A stretch of 64,000 nt of DNA from Mobula hypostoma (lineage: Eukaryota), in the NCBI RefSeq assembly GCF_963921235.1, contig NC_086108.1, positions 34,102,001-34,166,000 on the forward strand, read 5' to 3'. The translations under genes and the position numbers were made by a program. Below, one piece after another: positions 26,485 through 39,864 of this stretch (its first letter is position 1; each line of letters starts with the position of its first letter). The notes below the pieces were generated by a model, which was not told the origin of the DNA, searched no databases, and worked only from the letters and a program-made list of their open reading frames with translations.

Positions 26485-29400
26485 CATAAGACACAGCAGT
26501 CAGCCATTCGGCCCATCGAGTCCGCTCCGACATTTTATCATGAGCTGATCCATTCTCCCATTTAGTCCCACTCCCCTGCCTTCTCACCATAACTGATGCC
26601 CTGGCTACTCAGATACCTATCAATCGCTGCCTTCAAAGTACACCCAATGACTTGGCCTCCACTGCCGCCCGTGTCAACAAATTCCATAGATTCACCACCC
26701 TCTGGCTAAAAAAATTTCTTCGCATCTCTGTTCTGAATGGGCGCCCTTCAATCCTTAAGTCATGTCCTCTCGTACTAGACTCCCGCATCATGGGAAACAA
26801 TATTGCCGCATCCACTCTGTCCATGCCTTTTAACATTCGAAATGTTTCTATGAGGTCGCCCCTCATTCTTCTAAACTCCAAGGAATACAGTCCAAGAGCG
26901 GACAAACGTTCCTCATATGTTAACCCTCTCATTCCCGGAATCATTCTAGTGAATCTTCTCTGTACCCTCTCCAACGTCAACACATCCTTTCTTAAATAAG
27001 GTGCCCAAAGCTGCCCACAGTACTCCAAGTGAGGTCTTACCAGCGCCTTATAGAGCCTCAACATCACATCCCTGCTCCTATACTCTATTCCTCTAGAAAT
27101 GAATGTCAACATTGCATTCGCCTTCTTCACCACCGACTCAGCCTGGAGGTTAACCTTAAGGGTATCCTGTATGAGGACTCCCAAGTCCCATTGCATCTCA
27201 GAACTTTGAATTCTCTCCCCATTTAAATAATAGTCTGCCCGTTTATTTCTTCTGCCAAAGTGCATAACCATACACTTTCCAACATTGTATTTCATTTGCC
27301 ACTTCTTTGTCCATTCTTCCAATCTATCCAAGTCTCTCTGCAGACTCTCTGTTTCCTCAGCACTACTGGCCCCTCCACTTATCTTTGTATCATCAGCAAA
27401 CTTTGCCACAAAGCCATCTATTCCATAATCCAAATTGTTGATGTACAATGTAAAAAGAAGCGGCCCCAACACGGACCCCTGTGGAACACCACTGATAACC
27501 GGCAGCCAACCAGAATAGGATCCCTTTATTCTGTCACGTGACTGGCAACAATGAATATAGAAATGAGTCAGGTTTTATAAACAAATAAACATTTATTAAA
27601 CTCTGCTCAAAATTAGTAAAAAAATAAACAAACGAAAACCTTAACCGGAAGTAAACTGCTATGCGGCCATTTAACAAACCACCAAACTCAGTACTAGTTC
27701 TTAAAGCGGTAAATACGAACACAGTCTTAAAGTGGTAAATTGGAACACAGTTCTTAGAATGGTAAATTTGAAAGTCCAAGATATTTATACAGTCAATTAG
27801 GAGAGACTTCCCTGAAGTAAAGAATTCCTCGAAGACTCGACGTTACTGCCGATCCCAGCCGGAACCTGCCTTGTCTGCAGGATTCACGACGACAGAAATA
27901 AAACAGTTTAAAGGCACTGACCTTTTTCCTCTGTAGAATAGACTAGCTACTGCACAACATTTTCTGCTGCTTTTAGCAGAGGTTATCTCATACAGATCAC
28001 TCTTACTTGAACGAATTCAATAATGGTCGATCCTCCCTAAAACCACTGAACGACTCCTTCAGGTTCCCGTCTTCACTCTCCAATACTACTGAAAAGGTAC
28101 ATCAACAAATCTGGCAGCTATTGGTGAAACTACCGGCCCAACACTTCTGTACTTTACAATAGAAAGTAAAACTCTGTTTTAAAGCTATACTGCATCATGA
28201 GCCTAACACGCAGCTTAGCAGAGTATCTGACTGACGATCTAACTGAAAACTCAACTGGGAAAAACTAGCTGCGTCACCAGGGGTCTACACTCATATACTT
28301 GGTGAGAACAGGTCATCACGCGACCTCACATCAGCGGGAATATTACATCACGCGACCTCCGCAAGACCATTACATCATCCTCACAAGACAGTCACAAGAC
28401 ATCCATGAGGTATGCAACAATTCCCACTCTCTGTTTCCTGCCAATCAGCCAACGTTCTATCCGCGTAAGTAACTTTCCCGTAATTCCATGGGCTCTTATC
28501 TTGTTAAGCAGCCTCATGTGTGGCACCTTGTCAAAGGCCTTCTGAAAATCCAAATATACAACATCCACTGCATCTCCCTTGTCTAGCCTACCTGTAATTT
28601 CCTCAAAAAATTGTAATAGGTTTGTCAGGCAGGATTTTCCTTTAAGGAAACCATGCTGAGTTCTGCCTATCTTGTCATACCTCCAGGTACTCCGTAACCT
28701 CATCCTTGACAATCGACTCCAACAACTTCCCAACCACCAATGTCAAGCTAACAGGTCTATAATTTCCTTTTTGCTTCCTTGCCTCCTTCTTAAATAGCGG
28801 TGTGACATTTGCAGTCTTCCACTCCTCCGGAACCATGCCAGAATCTATCGACTTTTGAAAGATCATTGCTAATGCCTCCACAATCTCCACAACTACTTCC
28901 TTCAGAACACGAGGGTGCATTTCATCTGGTCCAGGAGATTTATCTACCCTTAGACTATTCAGCTTCCTGAGTAGTTTCTCTGTCATAATTGTGACTGCGC
29001 ACACTTCTTTTCCCTGCCACCCTTGAGTGTCTGGTATACTGCTGATGTCTTCCTCAGTGAAGACTGATGCAAAATACTCGTTCATTTCCTCCGCCATCTC
29101 CTTATCTCCTACTACAATTTCTCCAGCATCATTTTCTATCGGTCCTATATCTACACTCACCTGTCTTTTACTCTTTATATACTTGAAAAAGCTTTTAGTA
29201 TCCTCTTTGATATTATTTGCTAGCTTCCTTTCATAGTTCATCTTTTCCCTCTTAATGACCTTCTTAGTTACCTTTTGTAAGCTTTTAAAAACTTCCCAAT
29301 CCTCTGTCTTCCCACTAATTTTTGCTTCCTTGTATGCCCTCTCCTTAGCTTTAACTTTGGCTTTGACTTCTCGTCAGCCACGGTTGCATCCTTTTTCCAT

Positions 29401-31250
29401 TCGAAAATTTCTTCTTTTTTGGAATATGTCTGTCTTGCACCTTCCTCACTTCTCCCATAAACTCCAGCCACTGCTGCTTTGCCGTCCTTCCCGCTAATGT
29501 CCCTTTCCAGTCAACTTTAGCCAATTCCTCTCTCATGCCACTGTAATTTCCTTTACTCCGCTGAAATACGGACACATCGGATTTCGGCTTCTCTTTTTCA
29601 AATTTCACAGTGAACTCAATCATGTTATGATCATTGCCTCCTAAGGGTTCCTTCACCTCAATCTCTCTAATTACCTCCGGTTCATTACACAATACCTAAT
29701 CCAGTACAGCCGATCCCCTAGTGGGCTCAACAACAAGCTGTTCTAAAAAGCCATCTCGCAGACATTCTACAAATTCTCTCTCGAGATTCAGTGCCAACAT
29801 GATTTTCCCAATCCACTCGCATGTTAAAATCCCCCACAACGATCATAACACTGCCTTTCTGACAAGCCTTTTCTATTTCCTGTTGTAATTTGTAGTCCAC
29901 ATCATTGCATCTGTTTGGAGGTCTGTATATAACTGCCATCAGGGTCCTTTCACCCCTGCGATTTCTTAGCTCAACCCATAAAGATTCTGCACCTTCTAAT
30001 CATATGTCACCTTTTTCTAATGATTTAATATAATTTCTTACCAATAAAGCCACAGCACCTCCTCTGCCTACCTGCCTATCCTTCCGATACACCGTGTATC
30101 CTTGGACATTCAGCTCCCAGAGACATGCATCCTTTAGCCACGTCTCAGTGATGGCCACAATATCATACCTGCCAATCTGTAGCTGTATGACAAGATCATC
30201 CACACTATTCCTTATGCTGCGTGCATTTAAGTATAACATCTTAAGACCAGTATTTGGTACTTCTTGCTTTGATCGCACTGCAACTTTATTGCATTGCAAC
30301 TCATCCCAATGGCTGCAAATTTGCCCCATCACCTGCCTGTCTTTCTTGACATCTTTACTGCTCACGATCTTAGATTTATTTCTGTTTTCCCCTTCCTCCG
30401 CTCTATCATTCCAGTTCCCATCCCCCTGCCAAATTAGTTTAAACCTTCCCTAACAGCTCTATTAATCCTTCCCGCCAGGATATTGGTCCCCTTAGGGTTC
30501 AGGTGTAACCTGTCCATTTTGAACAGGTCATACTTCTCCCAGAAGGGATCCGAATGATCCAAGAATCTGAAGCCCTGCCCCCTGCACCAGTCTCTCAGCC
30601 ACCCATTCATCTGCCTGATCCTACTATTCTTGCCCTCGCTAGCACGTGGCACAGGTAGCAATCCCAAGATTACCACCCTGGAGATCCTGCTTCTCAGCTT
30701 CCTTCCTAACTCCCGGAAATCTCTCTTCAGGACCTCCTCCCTTCTCCTATTTATGTCATTGGTACCAACATATACCAAGACAACTGTCTGCTCGCCCTCT
30801 CCCTTCAGAATATTCTGGACCTGATCTGAGACACCCTGTACCCTGGCACCTGGGAGGCAACACAGCCTCAGCAGCATCCAGAACAAGATATTTGTTGCTG
30901 AGGGGGACAGCCACAGGGGCGCTCTCCACTATCCAGGCATTTTCCTTCCCTCTCCTAACAGTCACCCAGTTTTCTGACCCCTGTAGCCTAGGGATGACTA
31001 CCTCCCTGTAGCTCCTGTCTATCACCTCTTCACTTTCCCTGATAAGCAGTAGGTCATCAAGCTGCAGCTCCAGATCCTTAACATGGTCTTTGAGGAGCTG
31101 CAATTCGGTGCACCTGGCGCAGATGTGGCCATCAGGGAGGCTGGAGGTCTCCCAGGATTCCCACATCTGACACCCTGAACAAAGCACTAACCCTGCAGGC
31201 ATGCTATCTAATTCTACAGGAATGAAACAGGAAAAATAAGTCTACTCATC
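26485..31250 (-). mobile_element. Near-full-length CR1 LINE (ORF1 zinc finger/leucine zipper + esterase; ORF2 EN + RT), disrupted
   Basis: ORFs 30756-31202 (CSGC..CARC..LELQLDDL), 30434-30886 (VGTND..LHLN), 30000-30365 (YLNARS, ITETWL), 28675-29241, 28392-28733 and 26633-27472 (KFADDTK). Flanked by ATC/ATC. Confidence 0.95.
27532..28419 (-). mobile_element. Solo LTR (888 bp) inserted in the CR1 RT
   Basis: Starts TGTCAC and ends GCAACA; perfect 4-bp TSD ATTC (27528-27531, 28420-28423). Removing it restores TCCCTTTATTCCCACTCTCTG of the CR1 RT. Minus-strand AATAAA at ~27592-27597. Confidence 0.9.
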
Positions 31251-31284
31251 ATCAGTCCATAATCAGTGCTAAAGAAAATCATTG

Positions 31285-34200
31285 AAACATAAAAATATAG
31301 AAACATAGAAACCTACAGCACAGTACATGCCCTTCAACCCACAAAGTTGTGCCAAACATCTCCCTACTTTAGAAATTACTAGGCTTACTAGGCCCTCTTT
31401 TTACTAAGCTCCATGTACCTATCCAAAGTCTCTTAAAAGACCCTATCATATTCACCTCCACCACCGTTGCCGGCAGCCCATTCCATGCACTCACCACTCT
31501 CTGAGTAAAAAACCTACCCCTGACATCTCCTCTCTCTACCTGCTCCCCAGCACCTTAAACCTGTGTCCTCTTGTGGCAACCATTTCAGCCCTGGGAAAAA
31601 GCCTCTGACTATCCACACGATCAATGCCTCTCCTCATCTTACATACCTCTATCAGGTCACTTCTTATCCTCCGTTGCTCCAAGGAGAAAAGGCCAAATTC
31701 ACTCAACCTATTCTCGTAAGGCATGCTCCTCAATCCAGGCAACATCCTTGTAAATCTCCTCTGCACCCTTTCTATGGGTTCCACATCCTTCCTGTAGAGA
31801 GGTGACCAGAACTGAGCACATTACTCCAAGTGGGGTCTGACCAGGGTCCTATATAGCTGCAACATTACATCTTGGCTCCTAAATTCAATTCCATGATTGA
31901 TGAAGGCCAATATACCGTATGCCTTCTTAACCACAGAGTCGACCTGCACAGCTGCTTTGAGCGTCCTATGGACTCGGACCTCAAGATCCCTCTGATCCTC
32001 CACACTGCTAAGAGTCTTACCATTAATACTATATTCTGCCATCATATTTGATCTACCAAAATGAACCACTTCACACTTATCTGGGTTGAACTCCATCTGC
32101 CAGTCCTCAGCCCAGTTTTGCATCCTACCAATGTCCCATTGTAACCTCTGACAGCCCTCCACACTATCCACAACACCTCCAACCTTTGTGTCAACAGCAA
32201 ATTTACTCACCCATCCCTCCACTTCCTCATCCAGGTCATTTATAAAAATCACGAAGAGTAAGGGTCCCAGAACAGATCCCTGTGGCACCCCACTGGTGAC
32301 CGACCTCCATGCAGAATATGACCCGTCTACAACCACTCTTTGCCTTCTATGGGCAAACCAGTTCTGGATCCACAAAGCAATGTCCCCTTGGACCCCATGC
32401 CTCCTTACTTTCTACATAAGCCTTGCATGGGGTATCAAATGCCTTGCTGAAATCCATATACACTACATCTACTGCTCTCTCTTCATCAATGTGTTTAGTC
32501 ACATCCTCAAAAGATTCAATCAAGCTCGTAAGGCACGACCTGCCCTTGACAAAGCCATGCTGACTACTCCTAATCATATTAAACCTCTCCAAATGTTCAT
32601 AAATCCTGCCTCTCAGGATCTTCTGCATCAACTTAACAATCACTGAGGTAAGACCCACTGGTCTATAATTTCCTGGGCTATCTCTACTCCCTTTCTTCAA
32701 TAAAGGAACAACATCTGCAACCCTCCAATCCTCCGGAACCTCTCCCGTCCCCATTGATGATGCAAAGATCCTCACCAGAGGCTCAGCAATCTCTTCCCTT
32801 GCCTCCCACAGTAGCCTGGGGTACATCTCATCTAGTCCCGGCGACTTATCCAACTTGATGCTTTCCAAAAGCTCCAGCACATCCTCTTTCTTAATATCTA
32901 TGTGCTCAAGCTTTTCAGTCTGCTGGAAGTCATCACTACAATCACCAAGATCCTTTTCCATAGTGAATACTGAAGTAAAGTATTCATTAAGTACCTCTGC
33001 TATTTCCTTTGGTTCTATACACACTTTCTCGCTGTCACACTTGATAGGCCCTATTCTTTCACGTCTTATCCTCTTGCTCTTCACGTACTTGTAGAATGTC
33101 TTGGGGTTTTCCTTAATCCTGCCCACCAAGGCCTTCTCATGGCCCCTTCTGGCTCTCCTAATTTCCTTCTTAAGCTCCTTCCTATCAGCCTTATAATCTT
33201 CTAGATCTCTAACATTACCTAGCTCTCTGAACCTTTTGTAAGCTTTTCTTTTCTTCTTGACTAGATTTATTACAGCCTTTGTACACCACAGTTCCTGTAC
33301 CCTACCATAACTTCCTTGTCTCATTAGAATGTACCTATGCAGAACTCCACACAAATATCCCCTGAACATTTGCCACATTTCTTCCGTACTTTTCCCTGAG
33401 AACATCTGTTCCCAATTTAAGCCTCCAATTCCCTGCCTGATTGAGCCATAATTCCTCTTACTCCAATTAAATACTTTTCTAACTTGTCTGTTCCTATTTC
33501 TCTCCAATGCTATTGTAAGGGAGACAGAATTATGATCACTATCTCCAAAATGCTCTCCCACTGAGAGATCTGACACCTGATCAGGTTCATTTCCCAATAC
33601 CAAATCAAGTACAGCCTCTCCTCTTGTTGACTTATCTACATATTGTGTCAAGAATCCTTCCTGAACACACCTAACAAACTCCACCCCATCTAAACCCCTC
33701 ACTCTAGGGAAATGCCAATCAATATTTGGGAAATTAAAATCTCCCATCACAACAACTCTGTTATTATTACACCTTTCCAGGATCTGTTTCCCTATCTGCT
33801 CCTTGATATCCCTGTTACTATTGGGTGGCCTATAAAAAACACTCAGTAAAGTTATTGACCCCTTCCTGTTCCTAACCTCCACCCACAGAGACTCTGTAGA
33901 CAACCCCTCCATGGCGTCCACCTTTTCTGCAACTGTGACACTTTTTCTGATCAACAGTGCCACACCCCCATCTCTTTTGCCTTCCTCCCTGTCCCTTCTG
34001 AAACATCTAAAACCCAGCACTTGAAGTAACCATTCCTGTCCCTGAGCCATCTAAATCTCTGTAATGGCCACCACATCATATCTCCAAGTACTGATCTACG
34101 CTCTAAGCTCATCCGCTTTGTTCACAACATTCTTTGCGTTAAAATAGACACATCTCAAACCTTCGGTCTGAGCGTGTCCCTTCTCTATCACCTGCCTATC

Positions 34201-35499
34201 CTCCCTCTCGCACTGTCTACAAGCTTTCTCTATTTGTGAGCCAACCTCCTCTTCCCCAGTCTCTTCTGTTCGGTTCCCACCCCCCAACAATTCTAGTTTA
34301 AACTCTCCCCAGTAGCCTTAGCAAACCTCTCCACCAGGATATTGTTCCCCCTGGGATTCAAGTGCAACCCGTCCTTCTTGTACAGGTCATACCTGCCCCA
34401 AAAGAGGTCCCAATGATCCAGAAATCTGAATCTCTGTCCCCTGCTCCAATCCCCCCAGCCATCCATTTATCCTCCACCTCATCCTATTCCTATACTCTCT
34501 ATCGCGTGGCACAGGCAGTAATCCTGAGATTACTACCTTTGCGGTCCTGCTTCTCAACTTCCTTCCTAACCCCTGTAGTCTTTTTTTCAGGACCTCTTCC
34601 CTTTTCCTACCTATGTCATTGGTGCCAATATGTACCATGACCTCTGGCTGTTCTCCCTCCCATAACAGGATACCTTAGACGCGATCTGAAACATCCTAGA
34701 CCCTGGCACCTAGGAGGCAATCTACCATCCGAATTTCTTTCTTGTGTCCACAGAATAGCCTGTCTGACCCCCTAACTCTAGAGTCCCCTATCACTATTGG
34801 CTTCCTCTTCCCTTCCCTACCCTTCTGAGCTACAGGGCCGGACTCTGTGCCAGATGTACAGCCGCTGCCGCTTCCCCCAGGTAGGCTGTCACTCCCCAAC
34901 AGTACTCAAACAGGAGTACTTATTGTTCAGGGGGACATCCACAGGGGTACTCTCTAGTACCTGACTCTTCCCCTTTCCCTTCCTGACTGTTACCCACTTG
35001 TCTGTCTCCCGTGGCCCCGGTGTGACCACCTGCCTATAACTCCTATCTATCACCTCCTCGCTTTCCCTGACCAGGTGAAGATCATTGAGCTGCATCTCCA
35101 GTTCCCCAACTCAGTCCCTCAGGAGCTGCAGCTCGACACATCTGGTGCAGATATGGCTGTCCGGGAGGCTGGGAGACACCAGGACTTCCCACATCTGACA
35201 CCGAGCACAGAAAACTGGCCTCACATTCATACTTCTTCCTTTCCGCAATTAACACAGTTAAACCTACCTCACCTCGTCCTGTTACCACCTAAGCCTGTTG
35301 AGCCAAAGCCCTATCACTCTGCCACCTATCACTCTGCTGCCCGCTCCAACGCAGCCTGCTGGATATGGCGGTCTTCTTTTTAAACCTTTCGTGTGCTACT
35401 GGCTGACGTCATGCACCTGCACAGTCTTGCATCTCTTTTACCTTGAGTAGTAAGAAACTCCCTTCACTCCGAAAAATCAGCCATTCACTCACAGCCTTC
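31285..35499 (-). mobile_element. Full-length (~4.2 kb) CR1 LINE with 5' UTR, frameshifted ORF1 and ORF2
   Basis: ORF 32347-34050 (567 aa, EN + RT N-half), 31821-32375 and 31536-31784; ORF1 pieces 34387-34638, 34696-34899 (IVIGDS) and 34889-35095. The 5' UTR has TGACGTCA at ~35404; (ATAGAAAC)-type tail at 31285-31312. Confidence 0.95.
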
Positions 35500-35531
35500 T
35501 TGCTCTAAAAGAAATAGATCCAAACATGATA

Positions 35532-35545
35532 CTTCTTTTCCCTTT
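35532..35545 (-). other. Polypurine tract of the Gypsy element
   Basis: Minus strand reads AAAGGGAAAAGAAG immediately before the 3' LTR. Confidence 0.8.
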
Positions 35546-35783
35546 AGATTAATGTAACATAAAACTCTATGTGTAACAAAACATTCAATTTTCCTTCAAC
35601 AAACCATATTCAAATAAACGTGCACAATTACAGTAGATACTTAACTTCACTACACTAAAGATTCAGTCTTTTGGGTGGCGCTCTGTTTCTTTGAGGATAG
35701 TGCCTTTGGACTTGTGGAGTGGCATCAAGTTTGACAGTTGTCTTGTCAAAGACAACTTTCTCTGTCACAGGAGTCACGTTGGT

Positions 35784-36584
35784 AAATGCACGGTCATCCA
35801 CTTTGGAAGGAATAATGAAAGAGCACATTATTATTTAAATGGTAAAAATTTGCAGCTTGCTGCTGTGCAGAGGGACTTGGGAGTGCTTGTGCATGAATCA
35901 CAAAAGGTTGGTTTGCTGGTGTAACAAACTGTCAAGAAGGCAAATGGAATGTTGGCCTTTGTAGTTAGAGGGATTGAATTTAAGAGCAGGGAGGTTATGC
36001 TGCAACTGTACAAGGTACTAGTGAGGCTGCACCTGGAGTACTGCGTGCAGTTCTGGTCTCCTGACCTGAGGAAGGGTATACTGGCTTTGGAGGCGGTGCA
36101 GAGGAGGTTCACCAGGTTAACTCCAGAGATGAGGGGGTTAGACTATAAGGAGAGATTGAGTTGCCTGTGACTGTATTCACTGGGATTCAGAAGAATAAGA
36201 GGAGATCTTATAGACACATATAAAATTATGAAAAGATTAGGTAAGATAGAGGCAGGAAAGTTGTTTCCACTGGTAGGTGAGACTAGAACTAGGAGGCATA
36301 GCCTCAAGATTTGGGGGAGTAGATTTAGGACAGAGATGAAGAGGAACTGCTTTCCCCAGAGATAGGTGAATCTGTGGAATTTTCTACCTAAAGAAGCAGA
36401 GGAGGCTACCTCGGTGAATATATTTAAGACAAGGTTGGACAGATTTTTGTATAGAAAGGAATTAAAGGTTATGGGGAAAAAGCAGGTGTGTGGTGTTGAG
36501 TCCAGGGCCAGATTAACCATGATCTTATTGAATGGCAGAGATGGCCTACTCCTGCTCCTATTTCTTATGTTCTTATGTTCTTAT
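35784..36584 (+). mobile_element. CR1 3' fragment inserted in the Gypsy integrase C-terminal region
   Basis: ORF 35949-36170 (LVRLHLEYCVQFWSP); (TTCTTATG)n tail at ~36561-36584; TTGGT on both flanks. Confidence 0.9.
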
Positions 36585-37818
36585 TGGTGACATGAGAGAT
36601 AATCTCAGGGGCTGTAATGTGTCCATCTTGTTGGATGCAGTAGATTCAGGTGTGTTCTTCAACCGAGCATCCTGTATCTAGTCTTCATAACTTCTCCATG
36701 TCTGATCTCCAACATCCACTGTGTACATCAGCTCACGTTGCTATCCTACTGGGTGTCCGTTTGTCTTCTTGGTTATCACACGTCAGGACTTCCCATCCGA
36801 CCTCAAACTTGCTGCTTCACTTGGCAACTGGCTGAACTGTTTATTCTGCACTTGCGTCCACAGATCTGGTTTCAGGAGGTCTATGCGAGATCTCAGATTC
36901 CTGCTCATAAACAGCATTGCAGGGGTTTGATTTGTAGTCACATGAACAGAGTTCCGATACACAAAAAGGAAGTTGTCCACCTTGTGCTGTTGAGAAATGT
37001 CCTCCTTGTCCATTGCTTTAATGGACTTGAAGGTTTGTATAAACCTTTCAGCTAACCCATTCATCGCTGGGTGGTGAGGAACTGACTTCAAATGTTTGAT
37101 GCCGTTTTGCTTCATGAATAGTCTGAACTCTTCTGACGTGTATTGTCGTCCATTATCACTCATAATTTGTTCAGGTAAGCTACTTCTGATGGATATAGTC
37201 CTTGTTTCTCTTTGTCTTTCAGAATTTGTCAGACAGCTGGTCCACTAATGCTGTGTGGAACATTTCTGCTGGGTCACAGTATGAAAACTTTTCTTCTTCA
37301 GTTGCCAACATTGGAAGAAGTGACAAGCCGTCTTGTGTTGTTGGTACCCTTCAACTCTATGTCGTAAGAGTGGGCTGCTAGAAAAAGTGCCCAATGTTAT
37401 AATTGGGTAGCAGTCATCCTGAGATTGAAAATGAACACAAGGGGTTGGTGACCTGTCACTAGAGTAAACTCTTATCTGTAGGGGTACTGGTGAAGTTTCT
37501 TTATTCCCCATACTAGATTAAGGGCCTCTCCATCAATATGTGCATATTTGTGTTCTGTGCTTGTCAGTGATCTTGAAGCAAGTGCAATCAGGAATTCAGA
37601 TCCATCTTTCATAGTGTGTGACAAAACAGCTCCAATTCCATAAGGGGATGCATTGCACACAAATCTGTTGGGCAGAGAGGGGTCATAATAGGTGAGCAGT
37701 TCATCTGATGTTATTAGTTTCTTTGTTTCCTTGAATGCTCTTTCACATCTTTCTGACCATTCCCACTTTGTCTCTATCTGTAACAGTGTGTTCAATGGGT
37801 GCAGAACTGTAGCAATGT

Positions 37819-38598
37819 AGAAAGAGCTGATTGTGGACTTCAGGAAGGATAAGACGAAAAAAGTCATACCAATCCTCATAGAGGGATCAAAAGTGGAGAG
37901 AGTGAGCAGTTTCAAGTTCCTGGGTGTCAAGATCTCTGAGGACCTAACCTGGTCCCAACATATCGATGCAGCTATAATGGCAAGACAGCAGCTATACTTC
38001 ATTAGGAGTTTGAAGAAATTTGGTATGTCAACAAATACACTCAAAAACCTCTATAGATATTCTGTAGAGAGCATTCTGAAGGGCTGCATCACTGTCTGGT
38101 ATGGTGGGGTGGGAGGGGAGGCTAATGCACAGGACCAAAGGATGCTGCAGAGGGTTGTAAATTTAGTCGGCTCCATCTTGGGTACCAGCCTACAAAGCAT
38201 ACAGGACATCTTCAAGGAATGGTGTCTCAGAAAGGTAGCGTCCATTATTAAGAACACCCAGCACGCAGGGCTTGCCTTTTTCTCGTTGTTACCATCAGGT
38301 AGGAGATACAGAAGCCTGAAGGCACACACTCAGTGATTCAGGAACAGCTTCTTCCCCTCTGCCGTCCGATTCCTAAATGGACATGAAGCTTTGGACACTA
38401 CCTCACTTTTTAAAATATATATTATTTCTGTTTTTACATAATTCTTAATCTATTGAATATACATATACTGTAATTTATTTGTTTATTTATTATTTATTAT
38501 TTATTTTTCTCCGTATTATGTACTGCATTGAACTGCTGCTGCTAAGTTAACAAATTTCATGACACATGCTGGTGACAATAAATCTGATTCTGATTTTG
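37819..38598 (+). mobile_element. Rex1/Babar-type LINE 3' fragment inserted in Gypsy pol
   Basis: KELIVDFRK...VERVSSFKFLGV...ESILKGCITVWYG...LLPSGRRYRS (ORF 37833-38336); tail AATAAATCTGATTCTGATT; ATGT on both flanks. Confidence 0.85.
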
Positions 38599-39864
38599 AT
38601 GTTTGGGAGAAAGTGGTGGTAGTAGTTTACAAGGGCCAAGCATGACATGAGCTGTGACACATTTTCCAGTTTGGGTGCCTGCAACGCTGCTTCAATTTTC
38701 TCTTGTGACTTATGTAAGCCATGCTTGTCAATGACATAGGAGATTGCATTCTTGAAAAATTCACATTTGTCTCACTTTGCACACAGACCATACTCACTCA
38801 GCCTGGTAAGCATTTTACCAAGGCTCAGGAGGTGCACTTCATCATTCTTGCCAGTCAAGGTAGCATTGTGTTCCTGGAATATCTTCCAACTCTTGGCCCA
38901 TTGCTCTTTGTCAAATTGCTGGAGCTGATTCGACATCAAAGGCAAGATGATTATACTGGAACAGTCCCTTGTGAGAGTTGATTGTGAGGACCTTCCTGCT
39001 CGACTTCTCAATCTCCATTTTCAGATAGGCTTGTGACAAGTCAATCTTTGAAAACCTCTCACCACCTGCCAAAGATGCAAAAAATGTCTTCTATTCGTGG
39101 CAGGGGATAAAGCACAGTACGCAGCACAGGGTTGATGCTCACTTTGAAGTCCCTGCATATGCGAACGGCTTCGGCCTTCCCCTCCTTATTCACCAGGACA
39201 ATGGACATGGCCCAATCACTCTACTCAACCTTGGAGAGAATGCCAGGTGCCTCCAGGCTCTGACGTACAGCATGCACTTTATGACATAGAGCATGAGGCA
39301 CTGGACGCACTTTATGCAGTCTTGGTGTTACTTCTCCATCTAGTTCTATTCTGGCCTTTATGCCTTTGAGTTTACCAATACCCTTCTCAAACACCTTTCA
39401 TTAGCATTTAGCAGCTGTGACAAACTCTGGTTAGTGCTACGGTTTGTGATACAGCTGCCTGTTGATGACATATTGAGAGCCTTGATTGTGTGCCAGTCTA
39501 GATAGATTTTTCTCAACCATTCATGTCCAAAATGTGCTATCTCTCCACTTTTCAATACATAAAGCTCTGACTGCTGTGATATGCCTCCATGCATCATATT
39601 TACTAGCAGTTTGGCTTTGGGAGACACTTTTTCGCCTGTGTCGGTCTTTAGCATCACTGAGGCCTTTTCTAATGGTAACATAGAAAACAGTCTGTTGTAG
39701 TCAGCCTCTGACTATAAACAAAGCTGACCCTTTCTCCTGCTGCATTTTTTATTTTTACAGCAGGCACATCTAAAGTGATCCTTATGATTTTGTGATCTGC
39801 TTCAGGAATTTTATGCAGTTTGAGGCATGACAGCTCACCTTTGTCAGACTCTGTGTTGTCTGAC

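Larger units (their letters stand above)
26340..35531 (-). repeat. Gypsy 3' LTR split into three pieces: 26340-26484, 31251-31284, 35500-35531
   Basis: The three pieces concatenate to align end to end with 43386-43590 (TGTTGT..TACAACT..ATGGCTTTAACTGGTGT..(GA)n..ATGCATA.TTATC / ATCAGTCCATAATCAGTGCTAA / TTG.TCTAAAAGAAATAGATCC). Confidence 0.88.
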
